A program made the translations under genes and the position numbers. The notes under the pieces were generated by a model. That model was not told the origin of the DNA. It saw only the letters and a list, made by a program, of their open reading frames with translations, and searched no databases. Positions 21,691 to 34,690 of a stretch of 64,000 nt of DNA are shown here, piece after piece; positions within the stretch are counted from its first letter, which is position 1, and each line of letters opens with the position of its first letter. The DNA is taken from NCBI GenBank assembly GCA_012295275.1, contig CM022672.1, positions 34,100,001-34,164,000 of the forward strand, in the 5' to 3' direction. This DNA is from Chrysomallon squamiferum. Taxonomy: Eukaryota; Animalia; Mollusca.

Positions 21691-22159
21691 CTGTCACGAA
21701 TCTAATAAAGTTTGAGCTTCATGGCCCTACCAAGAAGCTAGTTTAGTCCATACTGCTTAAAACAGTTAATCCAAATCTAGAATTTTAAATCATGGTGATC
21801 AATCACAAGGTCACTAAAGAAGATAAAAGTGGATTTAAAGAACCTGTTGTTGCTAACGAACGCCCACGTCTCAGTTCAGGCTTCAGGTTCAGAAATGTAC
21901 GTGAGCAACTGAACGTCATCAATGAAGTCATAAACATAAAATAAATGTTAGATTTTATAAGCACATGATTTCGTAGAAACAGTTTTACTGTTGCAGTATA
22001 ACGTCGTTCAAATCAGATAATAACATTTAAGATTTCATTCACATTTAATATTTAATAAAAATAATATGAGAAAGACTTTTACTTTTATCAGAATAACACG
22101 TTACACACAGTCATAATTATACCATCTGTTTCTTATACTATATTTGTTGGTCCCTTCAG

Positions 22160-22266
22160 TTTTGCGAAATCAGTGAAAGGAGGTGATTATTTGTTCAAAA
22201 CAGAAAGCTGTTCAGATGATATCTGTCCAGATCGAGTTGTACAAACATTTCATTCAAACAAACAAA
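22160..22266 (+). pseudogene. Orphan Hint exon (paralog of 27152-27258)
   Basis: Same 107-nt length, FAKSVKGGDYLFKTESCSDDICPDRVVQTFHSNKQ; CAG acceptor kept, donor degraded (gctaat); flanking intron sequence also aligns; other exons absent. Confidence 0.8.
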
Positions 22267-22910
22267 GCTAATCTAGTAACAGTACTAAATTTCAATAGCA
22301 GTTGTTGTAGTTATAGTACGTTGTCTAGTAATTTACATTAACATTAGAAAGAGTAGTAATAACAACTGTATTTGTACTAGCAGTAAGACTGGCATTACCG
22401 ATTTTTCCATTGGAAAATGTAAAACATGTTAATACAATTGAAAAACGAAACATTTCAAGTTGATTTTTCTTTCTTCTTGTGTTGAAGTGTATTTACTAAA
22501 CATTACTAAGAATGTGTGTACAAAAAAGAGCAGTTTGTGATCTGTTCGGTCCAACGTATTGTAACATTTGCGATTTACCGCGGTATCGTGGAAACTCCCT
22601 TCAACAGAAGCCAGTGCTATGGTGTTTTAATGTCTTAACTGCATGTGTCTGTTAACTCAATGACCTGGACATGATTCAGATATAGCAAACATTACAACCC
22701 AAGTGAATTTACTATCATATGTATATTTCTTTATTTCTTCCAAATAGTTAAGTACAACGATGTCATGGAATCCTAGTAGACTTCAAGATGGATCAGTTAT
22801 ATTAATTAGGAGATGACACGTGTGTGTTAACAACCGGCTCAGCTGTGATATGATAGAAAAAACAACCAGACGAGAACGAGAGTAATAATAATGAATGTAA
22901 TAATAACATA

Positions 22911-23172
22911 TATTATAAAATTCACTAGAATAATAATATCTGTTATAAAATTCACTAGAATAGTAACATATATTATAAAATGTACTAGAATAATAACATC
23001 TATTATAAAATTCACTAGAATAATAACATCTGTTATAAAATTCACTAGAATAATAACATCTATTATAAAATTCACTAGATAATAACATCTATTATAAAAT
23101 TCACTAGAATAATAACATCTTTATACAATTCACTAGAATAATAACATCTATTATAAAATTCACCAGAATAAT
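22911..23172. repeat. 30-bp minisatellite TTATAAAATTCACTAGAATAATAACATCTA
   Basis: About 9 copies. Confidence 0.95.
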
Positions 23173-23340
23173 ACTAATAATAATTAAATATCAATAACTG
23201 AGCCATAACGACTCTGGTTAAGATACAAATCCTACAAAACATAATTAATGTTTTCTGAAGTAGGACAAAATATATTAGTTACTATTTATCCTTGAATTTG
23301 TTTTCTTAATCATACTGTGTTTTTGTTTATGTGTGCGTGC

Positions 23341-23392
<52 letters not shown>

Positions 23393-24483
23393 GTGTGTGT
23401 GTCAGTTTATCTCAGCAGATAAAGTTGTACGGTTAAAAATAATTTATCACCATGAAAATTACGAAAGTAACAGATACCATTTACCATTTTTCTGTTTTAG
23501 TATTAGAAAAATACCTTTCAATTAATTTTGTATTTATAACATTGTTATGAGTATAGGATGACAACATTTAAAATATTTCAGACAATTTAGATTCATTATC
23601 AAAATGACCTATGCAATTTTTCTCTTTCAGGTATTAAGCTCTTTAATGTTTCACATTACCAGTCGTAAATTCGTTAACTACTCAAATTCATCATCGTTTT
23701 TTAACATACGATCATGTAGTATTCTTTTTACAGCGTGTTTTAAATCACAAGATTTTCACGTCAATGAAGCTATACATGTTAGAAACACATGTTTATCTAG
23801 AAATACTTTTACAAAAGATAACCAAAGACTTAAGATAGCAGATATTAAGTTAGATTCATACAGTTACAAAGATTTATCCAAAATATAATCATTCTTATTT
23901 CAGCACTTATAAACAATGGAAATATTGCTAATTCACCAGAAAGTTTGATTTCTTTATATAAAATATCTGTGAAACTTGAGATGAATTCTTTAACTTAATC
24001 TAAATGACTGAATCCCCGGTTTTCACATCCATATTATAATTATTTTAATTTTACAATCTTGCCAAACAAGTCTAACTGACATTCGACCGATGCATTATCA
24101 ACATCTAGTTTTGAATACAGTGAAGAGAGACTTTCAGTCTGGGTTGAATTAAATCTTCCTTAATATTTTTGAACTATCTGGATTGACTTAAGACAAGCCC
24201 AACATATTAACTGCAGTAACAATTTCTCTTTTTGTTTTTATTAGATATAACTGCATTCCAATTTGTTCGTAAGACTTTCCTTTAGAATATAAAAACACAA
24301 AAAGAACCTCTATTACTGACTCAATACCTTACAGTTTTCTGTAACTGTTTAGGGAATAATACGACATTAGAAATAACGAATGCTAGTTATAATAATCTCG
24401 TGATAACTAGAAACCATGTACAATGCATTTTCCTTAGTATCATGTAAACTTGTGTTACGTTTTTGAAAATAACCAGACAGAAA

Positions 24484-24626
24484 ATGTATTTTGTGTTTGT
24501 ATTTTGTGTTTGTATTTGTGTTTGTATTTTGTGTTTGTATTTTGTGTTTGTATTTGTGTTTGTATTTGTGTTTGTATTTTGTGTTTGTATTTTGTGTTTG
24601 TATTTTGTGTTTGTATTTTGTGTTTG
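24484..24626. repeat. 12-13-bp tandem repeat TATTTTGTGTTTG; shorter inverted copy at 11626-11686
   Basis: Visible tandem units. Confidence 0.9.
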
Positions 24627-25369
24627 TTACACACGACACACAGTGAGACGTGGTTTACGTGGTGGTCGTACTCAACATCGGGCTGATGTTGGTTTGTGTT
24701 AATGTAAGTTTGTTTACACGTGTTTCACACAAAGCAGGGTGGTACCCGAGCCACGTTTATAAAGATACAAACTGGACAACTGCCCCGGGGTCAAGCAAAT
24801 TAACATTCACAACATAGTTGAGTTTGATTGTGATCCGAAATCAAACAGTTGTCCGAGCCTTTGTAATTTTGCTTGCTAAACGGCTTTATAATGTTTCGGC
24901 TGTGATATGAATACACAATAATTAAAATCTTATACAATAGTGAAATGTCTAATTAAAAGAAATAAACACACAATACTACATAACTTATCTTATTCCCTGT
25001 ACTTTATGTAACTAGAGTCTGTATTACAAACTGAATAAAACTGTATTCAGCAGTTATTCACACAGTCAATACAGTTGAGAAAAATAAAAATAAAACCTAA
25101 AAACTTCATTATGTAAATGATGGTACCACTTCTCGCTTATCTAATAAATATGTAGTTTTACAAGAGAATTTAATTAAGCGCTTTTTATTATAGCAATATA
25201 ATGTCGTTTTTTAATGAACAAACGAGCAGCTTCAAAAGAAATAAAAATACAAGTATCTATTACTGGACTGATCAAAGTAAGTGAAAAACATCTGTGCGTA
25301 TTTGAATATATGAAACTATTTAAATTATGTTCATATTGGTTTTTCTATTAGTAACACTATTACTGCAGA

Positions 25370-25710
25370 ATGAAATCGGCTCAAGCTAAATTCGCTGTGT
25401 TTACGATCTTCAGTGTTTTTAACTCTGTGTTTTGTTCCCTTTCAGTGAGAAAGAGAGCAGAGGTAAGCAAAATTTAACCATAACCCAATAAAATATAATA
25501 TTGTAGTTTAGACAGCAGTTTAATATAATAATAGGATGTAAAATATGACAAATATTTGTAGATAATCAAGAACATGGAACTGGTCTAAAAATGATTTTTT
25601 TTTATTTTCTAGCGCACTCATGTTTTTATCTGAATCACTAAAGGAAGATTCGAATTGCTAATTAATAAAACATTACCTCAAATTCTGTTCAGACATATCC
25701 TCCTATTGCA

Positions 25711-25789
<79 letters not shown>

Positions 25790-27448
25790 ATATAATGAAT
25801 GGAGAAGGATTCTTTTAATAAGTAACAATAAATATAAGTATTTTCCACTTGATAGATTTTTTATACGTAGTCTCAGAATTTATTATGTTATAATGTATTT
25901 ATTTTTTATTTTTTTATTATTTATTTATTTACTTACTTACTTACTTTTTATTATAATGTAAGACAAAAAAGGTATCCTCTTAACATAACAAAAATATTGA
26001 CATCTTGTTACTATAATGTAAATAATATATCTTATTACTATAATCTAATATATCTTGTACGTAAATACTGTTAGTAGTGTTCACCTAGTTAATTTTTCAC
26101 ACAACAGTACGAATTACAACAATTTACAGACAAACCCAAAGCTAACTGTTTACTTCTTTTCGTTAATGTTAAAATATTAAAACTACTCAATCAACGAAAC
26201 TAGCAATGTCGATGTGGAGATCAAATGATGTTCTGTAATTTTGGATGTTGTCCTGAGTATCATGTTTATTGGGACGAGTGTTGTCTGCCATGCATGATGG
26301 CGGATAAGGAGGACTCTTCACGCTGCTTTCCTGGTGACGTCACTGTGCTCCTGGACACTGGGGAGACTGCAGAAATGAAAAACCTCGTTTCAGGACAAAA
26401 GATTCTCACTGGTACGTCACGTGTTTGTTTCGAGTTACACACTGAGGTGTTCAGTATTTCTCTCTTCTTTTTTTTTGACATTCTACGCACGTCGTTTCCT
26501 CAACAGTACCAATGTTAGGTGCTGCACTGAAGCAAGAGATCTCTTAGGTCAAGAATGAAATAAAACAGTCGAGTGTTGTTAACTGGTGAAGTAACTACAA
26601 CTAAGATCGTTTCATCAACGTTCCATTATTTCCTATCTTTTTTCGTATAAAATGAAGACATGTTTCATGTTGTTTTAATGATGACAAAACATGTTCTACT
26701 GAAAGTCTATCAATTTAATATTATTTTACTAATTTCAGTACAAAATGGAAAACGCTTATTTTCTCAAGTCAGAACATTTCTGCATCGACAACCAGCATCA
26801 AATACGACATTTGTGACTCTGATTACAGAACAAGGCCGTCGACTTTCTCTCACCGAGTTACACATTGTGTTTACCTCAGCAAATAAGTCAGCCAGCATGG
26901 AACCTAAGTTTGTTTTCTTTCTTAGTGTAATTACAATGCTTTTCAAATAAATTTCGAAAATCTATTCAAATAAGTTTCTTCTGGATGAAATTATGTATAA
27001 GTGCATTATTTGAATTGTAAGTCTTAAACAACATAGTTTATTTTAAAATTAATTCATAGTACATTAAGATAATATTTAATATTCCATGTATATCATGTAT
27101 TATTTAATGAATAACATCTGTTATTTACACTATATTTGTTGTTTTCTTGAGGTTTGCTAAATCAGTGAAACCAGGTGATTATTTATTCAACACAGAGAGC
27201 TGCACAGCTGATGTCTGTCCAGAACGAGTTGTACAAATATTTCTTTCACACAAACAAGGTAAGCTAGTAATAGTACTAAATAGTAATAGCAGTAGTTGTA
27301 GTATAGTACACTTTGTCTAGTAACTTGTACTAATATTAGTAACAGTAGTACTAACAGCAGTATTTGTACTAGTAGTAATAATTACAGTAATAATTATAAT
27401 AGTGGTAATTCTGGTAACGACAGTAATATATATGTACTTCTATATATG

Positions 27449-27487
<39 letters not shown>

Positions 27488-27815
27488 ACACATTCACACA
27501 CACACTCACACACACATTCACACACACACACATTTAGTTACATGCATATACCACATAGACACAGATATTCACATACACACCTACTTGAAATTATCTCCAG
27601 GTTTGTACGCTCCTCTGACGGACACGGGAACTGTTGTTGTTAATGGGATTGTGGCTTCCTGCTATGCACATGTTCTCTTACAAGACTTCACACACAGTTT
27701 CACACTGTCTCCATTTCGATGGTTTCCTTGGTTGTTAGAGCCGTGGCAAGAAGTCGGTTTCAGTCCTATTTTGTCCTACTTGGAACCCGTGTATAAAAGT
27801 ATTTTCCGCGCCTGA
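25370..27815 (+). CDS. Secreted hedgehog-related (Hog/Hint domain) precursor: signal peptide, KR site, 8-Cys peptide, Hint, SRR-like tail; 263 aa
   Basis: Exons 25370-25462, 26204-26411, 26739-26907, 27152-27258, 27601-27815 join in frame (792 nt). MKSAQAKFAVFTIFSVFNSVFCSLSVRKR-AEQCRCGDQMMFCNFGCCPEYHVYWDECCLPCMMADKEDSSR-CFPGDVTV...TFLHR...LSLTELHIVF...FAKSVKPGDYL...GLYAPLTDTGTVVVNGIVASCYA...SPFRW. AATAAA at 27816 and 27884. Exon 2 and exon 4 acceptors are weak. Confidence 0.88.
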
Positions 27816-28559
27816 AATAAAGTTAGACAATTACCACAACTGTATTTCTGGTTTCTAGATGAAAATGTATTGTTTGAGTGATAAATAAACAGTTCTCTCC
27901 TGCCAATCTGAATTATACTGACTTTATTGTTTTTCTCAGTGATATACTAAACTCGATTTGTCTAAACACATGATACAGATGTACACACAAACACACTTAC
28001 TCAAACACATTCATTCACGTAATACTGACATACATGCAATTGTACGGTGTTAGAATCGAAACCATATTTTATCAGTTCACAAAACAGCAGCATGCACAAC
28101 GCGTAGACGTCACAGGTGTAATGATGACGTTGTCAGAGGATCCTAACTGGTCTCAGTCCAAATAAGACTGACCAAGCAACCAATGTTGTCACCTATGAAG
28201 ATAGATTATTCAGAAAATTATGAAGTCAGCAAATGATTTCATTTTATTTTAGAGAATGGTCAAACTGAATTCAAATGATTATATGTGGTCACTTCCTTTA
28301 TTTTAATTTCAAATCTGTTTTGAATGAATTAAAAGTTCTGCATACTAACAAATATAACTTTGTATCATCTTTTACTCAACAATCTCTGAGTTTTAGAAAG
28401 TCCAAAAATTACAACGTTTTGACTTGAATTTTTAAGCATTCTGTGCACGATGCAATATTCATCTTATGTTTCAGGAATTTACTATTAGCGTGTGTGTATG
28501 TGTCTATGTATGTATCTGTCTATGTGTGTCAGTATGTTTGTGGATGTGTGTGTTTTGTG

Positions 28560-28640
<81 letters not shown>

Positions 28641-29000
28641 CTGTGACTGGGTGTTGATGTAAATATATTTATATATTTCTCTGTCGCTATGAAAGGATTT
28701 ATAAATCAGGGCTGTTGTGTTGACTTTTCTACTCTCCCTTTCACTACCTTTAACTACCAAGTGCGAGCTGCTTTAAATCAACCCCGTGGAGTGGAAAAAT
28801 TGGCGGCAAAAATAAAAAGGGCGGACGTGGTAGAAAGACACATTTGTTACGCAATGGGCCGGTTCCGCAGTATAATTATTTAGAGTTATCTTCCCATTCC
28901 GCGAATCCTCCTCACTTCCGGGTCGCACCGCTTGATTTAGTCCAAGTGCAACCTTCACAATTCAGGCAGCAGCCAAGATAAACAGCCACTTGGAAGCTGC

Positions 29001-29711
29001 ATGATACTGTGTGATTAATTACTGTCTGGTTTAGTATGGACGCTTTGTTTAAATACTCAAACTGGTTTCACAGAGAGATTATTGTATTGATGTAGTTCTC
29101 TGTCTAGGTATCTATTTACTGAATAAAACGTCATGATATTGTGCGATTAATTACTGTCTGGTTTAGTATGGACGCTTTGTTTAAATACTCAAACTGGTTT
29201 TCACTGTGAGATTATTGTATTGATGTAGTTCTCTATCTAGGTATCTATTTACTGAATAAAACGTCATGATATTGTGTGATTAATTACTGTCTGGTTTAGT
29301 ATGGACGCTTTGTTTAAATACTCAAACTGGTTTTCACTGTGAGATTATTTTGTTGATGTAGTTCTCTATCTAGGTATCTATTTACTGAATAAAACTTGGA
29401 TACACGATACTGTGTGATTAATTACTGTCTGGTTTTAGTATGGATGTTTTGTTTAAATACTCAAACTGGTTTCACAGAGAGATTATTTTATTGATGTAGT
29501 TCTCTATCTAGGTATCTATTTACTGAATAAAACTTGGATACATGATATTGTGTGATTAATTACTGTGTGGTTTAGTATGGACGCTTTGTTTAAATACTCA
29601 AACTGGTTTTCACAGAGAGATTATTTTATTGATGTAGTTCTCTATCTAGGTATCTATTTACTGAATAACACGTGGATGTTGCATGATATTGTGTGATTAA
29701 TTACTGTCTGG
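29001..29711. repeat. ~125-140-bp tandem repeat, about 5 copies, inside the transposon
   Basis: tgtgattaattactgtctggtttagtatggacgc repeated. Confidence 0.93.
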
Positions 29712-31038
29712 ATATAGCAGCGCTACGTAAACAATGAAATGTGACCTGATCTTGGACTATCTATGTTACTATTAGTCTAAGTAAATGTAATTGAAGTTGT
29801 TAAAAACATGTTACTGAAATCGGAATGGGATGTTGTACTAGTCGTAGGGTTTGATTATTCTTATGTACATGTATTATATATGTGTGTGTTGTGTTTAAAA
29901 TTTATAATAAATGTAACAGTATTTGAGTTTGTTTTCAAAACGACGACAAACCGCTGTAGGTTCGGGACAATGGCTTTTTATTTGACATCACACACAATTT
30001 ATGTTTAAAACCTTGAAACAGTCAAATCAATTAAATTAAAATACAACAAGATTAGAATGCACGACATTACAATAAGAAATATATATAACGCATGACATTC
30101 CCTAGACATCTTGCCACATATCGCTAATACATGGTTCCTATCAAACAATACACATGACAAAACACCATATGTTATTCCTGTTATTATACTATCCATACTT
30201 TCCTAATACATTCACTACTAATGTTTAACATATTCATATACATCACAACGTCATAAAATTATACATATAACTACACAGTCACGTACAAGTTTGTGTGACT
30301 AAGGTTTAACACCTGGCCGGTAACCGACACACACATTCAACAATAGCGATCTAAATAAGTCGGACGGTTATATGCATTACTTGCTGACAATGTCATCCTG
30401 CTCACAAATTGTTTTTACTTTTTAATAGCAGGTAAAATAACAAAACAACGTCTGTAGGATGATATCATTTACTTGTTCATTAGCCACTCATTGGAAGTCA
30501 GGAGGCTTTGTTGTTACTAGATAAAGTACGATAAAGAAATTTTGTCAGTTTTGTCTGGAATCATCTCCAATGTTCAGGTCACCGACTGAAGAAACAAAAA
30601 CAAATTATTTGAAAACCGGAAACTATCTTCAAAGATAAATGGATCAGCCATTTATCAATCCAACATGACACTTCATTTCAGGACGTTTAGGTTGAGATGG
30701 GACTAATTCAATACTAACAAAAACACATTCTTTTATTTCGGTGAGAATAGTTTAATTTAACAAACAACAATAGACAAGATTGTCCCTGTGCCGAGTTGTC
30801 TGGCATTCCAGAAAAGGTACAATTAAAACTGTTTTACCATTTTAAATTGTTTTACCTTTTTAAATTGTTTTACCTTTTTAAATTGTTTGCCGATTTTAAG
30901 AATGACGAATTGAGTAAAGTATTATAGTAATGTTTAACTGTTATATTTAACTTTCTGATATTATTTGTTAACATGGAGCGGATGTTACACGTGTTCCACA
31001 GGGATCAGCAACGAGGTGACCACATCCAACTCGCTGGG

Positions 31039-31376
31039 CAGAGTCAAAGCCCTTTGTTAGTTTGTACCTGTTTGCGTTTGTTTACGTACAGAGTCAAAGC
31101 CCTTTGTTAGTTTGTAACTGTTTGAGTTTGTTTACGTACTGAGTCAAAGCCCTTTGTTAGTTTGTAACTGTTTGAGTCTGTTTACGTACAGAGTCCAAGT
31201 CCTTTGTTAGTTTGTAACTGTTTGAGTTTGTTTACGTACAAAGTCAAATCCCTTTGTTGTTTGATTGTTTGAGTTTGTTTTACGTACAAATAGTTTGTAA
31301 CTGTTTGAATTTGTTTACGTACAGAGTCAAAGCCCTTTGTTAGTTTGTAACTGTTTGAGTTTGTTTACATACAGAG
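31039..31376. repeat. ~50-bp tandem repeat inside the transposon
   Basis: cagagtcaaagccctttgttagtttgtaactgtttgagtttgtttacgta repeated. Confidence 0.92.
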
Positions 31377-31852
31377 AATGTTGGATGAATAATTTAATGG
31401 TTTTGTAAAGAAATCTTACCTCTGGCTCTGCAATCAATCAGAGATGAGTGGAGAGATTCTGGTCAGTTATCAGCTTATCAACAGGTTTATGTCGCGGGTA
31501 TTTAGAGTGTGTTTTGTTGATAACAGTTTGCTTCGTCGTGCTGTGTTCTTCGCAACAGCTGATCTGGTTTTTGCTCCCGGAAGCGGTTTGCGCAGCGGCA
31601 TCTAACGAGAAATCAAGGGACATAACTCAAAATAACCGCATTGCGGAACCGGCCCATTTAAATTCCGTGACAGCAGGATGTTCTGTTTTAATGTTTATGT
31701 ATGTGTATGTCTGAATGTGTCTGTGTGTGTCTGTGTGTGTCTGTCTGTCAGAATGTCTCTCTCTGTGTGTGTTTCTGTGTGTGTGTTTTAGTGTGTATGT
31801 CTTATTATTATTATTATTATTAACCTTTCTTATTCATGTATTTATTTATTAT

Positions 31853-31883
<31 letters not shown>

Positions 31884-32815
31884 GCAGAATTGATAGTTTT
31901 CACTGGTACTGGATGTGACGGGGAACTAGTTAACATATTCACAATGAATGTTCGATCCCATACGACCGTGTATTATTATAATTAAACAAATTATTGAATG
32001 AAAATTTTTAGAAAGGAAAAATTTAAATACGTTGGAAATTTTTTTAAATCCTTTTATTCTAACCAAAGAAAATTGACTGACAAAGACTGCTAAATACTGT
32101 TGAAATATATGCGTATTATCGTTGCCATGAAAACAGTGTATATGCACATCATCTCATTCATGTTTTGCCATAAAGAAAACCTCTGAAAATTGAAAGTAAG
32201 TGAATTAATAAACTTTTCAAACCGAATAAAATCACCTTCTGGTTTTATTTCAATCATTTTAAGATGATTACTTTCGTTACTTAAGCATCAGATTCGACAG
32301 AAAGTGATAATTCAGAGACGTCATCAGTAATCATTTTCGATTATCTCCCTTATCTGAAGTTCTCATATATTCACATGCATGCGTACCTGCTGTTTTCGAC
32401 GTTCCTAACTTTCTTCTTATTTTATTTATTTATTTACTTATTTATTTATTTATTTATTTATTTTACTTCTTTTGGTACGATCAGAAAAATATGATGTGTT
32501 TTAAAAATCTAGATTTTATATAATAGTAAAAAAAACAAAAACAAAACAAAACTAAAAATGAAGAAAAAAAATTGTTTATAAATACCTCAGGTTCAGCAAG
32601 CCACTTACAGTTTTCAAAACTATTTAGAAACAGACTGATGTAACCTCGTTATGAATAAATAAGTTTGTTTTGTTAAAGTAAGTCAGGTTTTCACGATATT
32701 TGCTGAGATTTTCTTTTACTGTAATTTTGGTAACCTTGTTGGGAGACAAAGCAGCTTCATGACGACTCTATTTCCATTTTTTATTTAAATATTCCCGTTT
32801 TTAATTTAGATATCC

Positions 32816-32877
<62 letters not shown>

Positions 32878-33408
32878 ATATAAATTACAAACATGATTGT
32901 ACAAGATAGCTAAATAAATATTACCGTAAAATAATAATAGACTAAAGATAAAATGTAGCAGACATTCTGCTTTAAATGGGCTTATGAAAATAAGGATGTT
33001 ATTATATAATTCACTACATAGAAAACAAAATTACGATTGAAGACAAGTCTGGCAAAGAGGCACTAATGAGGTTACGTCACATTTACATCAAGTTTGAATT
33101 CTGCAACATAAAAAATAACGATGTTAATAAATACAGTAAATATTTGTATCTAATTATTAAAAAATTAAAAACAATAAAAACTTGTAAAATTTAGCAGTCT
33201 TTGTTAATGTTTGTTTTTGGATAGACTATGTTCTGTATCGTGTTATAAATCAACTTACACATTTATAAAACTTTAATAACATTTATTAATAAACAATATA
33301 TCAAATTCAGTTTCCTTTTCTCATATTCAAATTTAAAAACGATGAAAATAAAATAGAAACAATGTTTTTATTAATAAATTAGCACAAAGCCATATTTAGT
33401 CACAGACT

Positions 33409-34645
33409 GTAATTTTTAACTCTATAAGATTCAGTGGATGAACTTTATTTTTAAATCCTGCCAGTATCTATCAGAACTCAATTATTGGAAAATTTAATAA
33501 TTACTGATAACACACTGTAACATTTTTTAATATATTTTTTTCTAAACAAAAGAAATCAAAGTAAGACTTTACTATTTATGTTAATAATTACTGCATACGC
33601 TAATTATAATGAAAATATTAAATAAGAATGATGAGTCATTTAACAGACAACAAATCAAATGAAAATGCAGATTTTAATAAAAATAAAAAAATTATAATTA
33701 ATGACAACTTCTTTGTCAGCAGTCGTGTTATTTAACGTTTGGAGTTGATGATTAATTAGACTACTAATTCAAGTAAAAAATAAAAATTAAATAATTATTA
33801 ATTATCTCCCTTGAGCCAAACACTTTTTAACTCTGTACTTTTTTTCTGAGGCAATAATCAAGAATTTGAAAGATAATTCATTTCTAAAAAAAAATATTCA
33901 TGTTTCTTTTTGTACCATTTTTTTATGAATCACATGAATTAATGTCATATTTTTGCCCATTAGATGTTGTTTGAAATACACCTTTAACGTTTCCCTCTCC
34001 CCATCAAGAATTGTTTGAAATACACCATCATGTTAAAACACTTTGTAATCTGGGAGTCAGTATGACAAAACTCAGATAAACACAAATCTGTATTAAATTC
34101 AGCCAGAGACGATCATTTCTTCATTCACATCTGTGAACACTAAACTCAAAAAAAAAAAACATCCTATAAAGAATAAAAATAAGAACAAGAAGAAGAAGAA
34201 GAAGTAAAAATATAACTCACATTATAACACAATTATAAGTGTAGTCCAATATTCATATAAGTAATGTTTTTAATTATCACCCTTGAACCAAACACTTTCT
34301 GAAAACTCTGCAAATTCTCCAACCATTCAGTTCTCATTTTTATAGTGGAGATATTTTATCGTCTGCTTACTTAACTCAGTACCATCAGAATACCTGAAGA
34401 ACTTGGTCAAACAGCATGGTCAAGTCTGGCCTTTTTCTGGTCAGCAAGAGCATGTTTATTCTGTAATGTAATAAATAAAATTAATTTACTAAAAAAATTA
34501 AGTTTATCTTTGATAACACTTTCATTCACTATAAAGAGAAACAAATTAGTATTTAAAAGTTGCCAAAAGTACTAAATTACCAATTAATATTGAATTATTT
34601 ACTCAGAATAAATATATTTCACACAGTTTAAATTGTTCCATGTTA

Positions 34646-34690
<45 letters not shown>

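Larger units (their letters stand above)
28856..31655. mobile_element. Non-autonomous DNA transposon, PIF/Harbinger (ISL2EU)-like, about 2.8 kb
   Basis: Imperfect ~40-bp TIRs GGGCCGGTTCCGCA..TTAT....GAGTTAT at both ends, flanked by AT on each side; internal minisatellites; no transposase ORF seen. Confidence 0.65.

Noticed and set aside
25613-25680. Strong polypyrimidine/AG in intron 1 of the Hint gene as a possible extra exon
   Set aside because: In-frame TGA after six codons and no convincing donor.
25370-27815. Calling this gene hedgehog, or an intein
   Set aside because: No Hedge signalling domain; the Hint ends in SCYA plus an SRR-like tail, not the intein His-Asn/C-extein junction.
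29001-29711. Regular repeats considered as CRISPR-like (also 6899-7395 and 51504-51812)
   Set aside because: Head-to-tail units without unique spacers, eukaryotic context, no cas genes.
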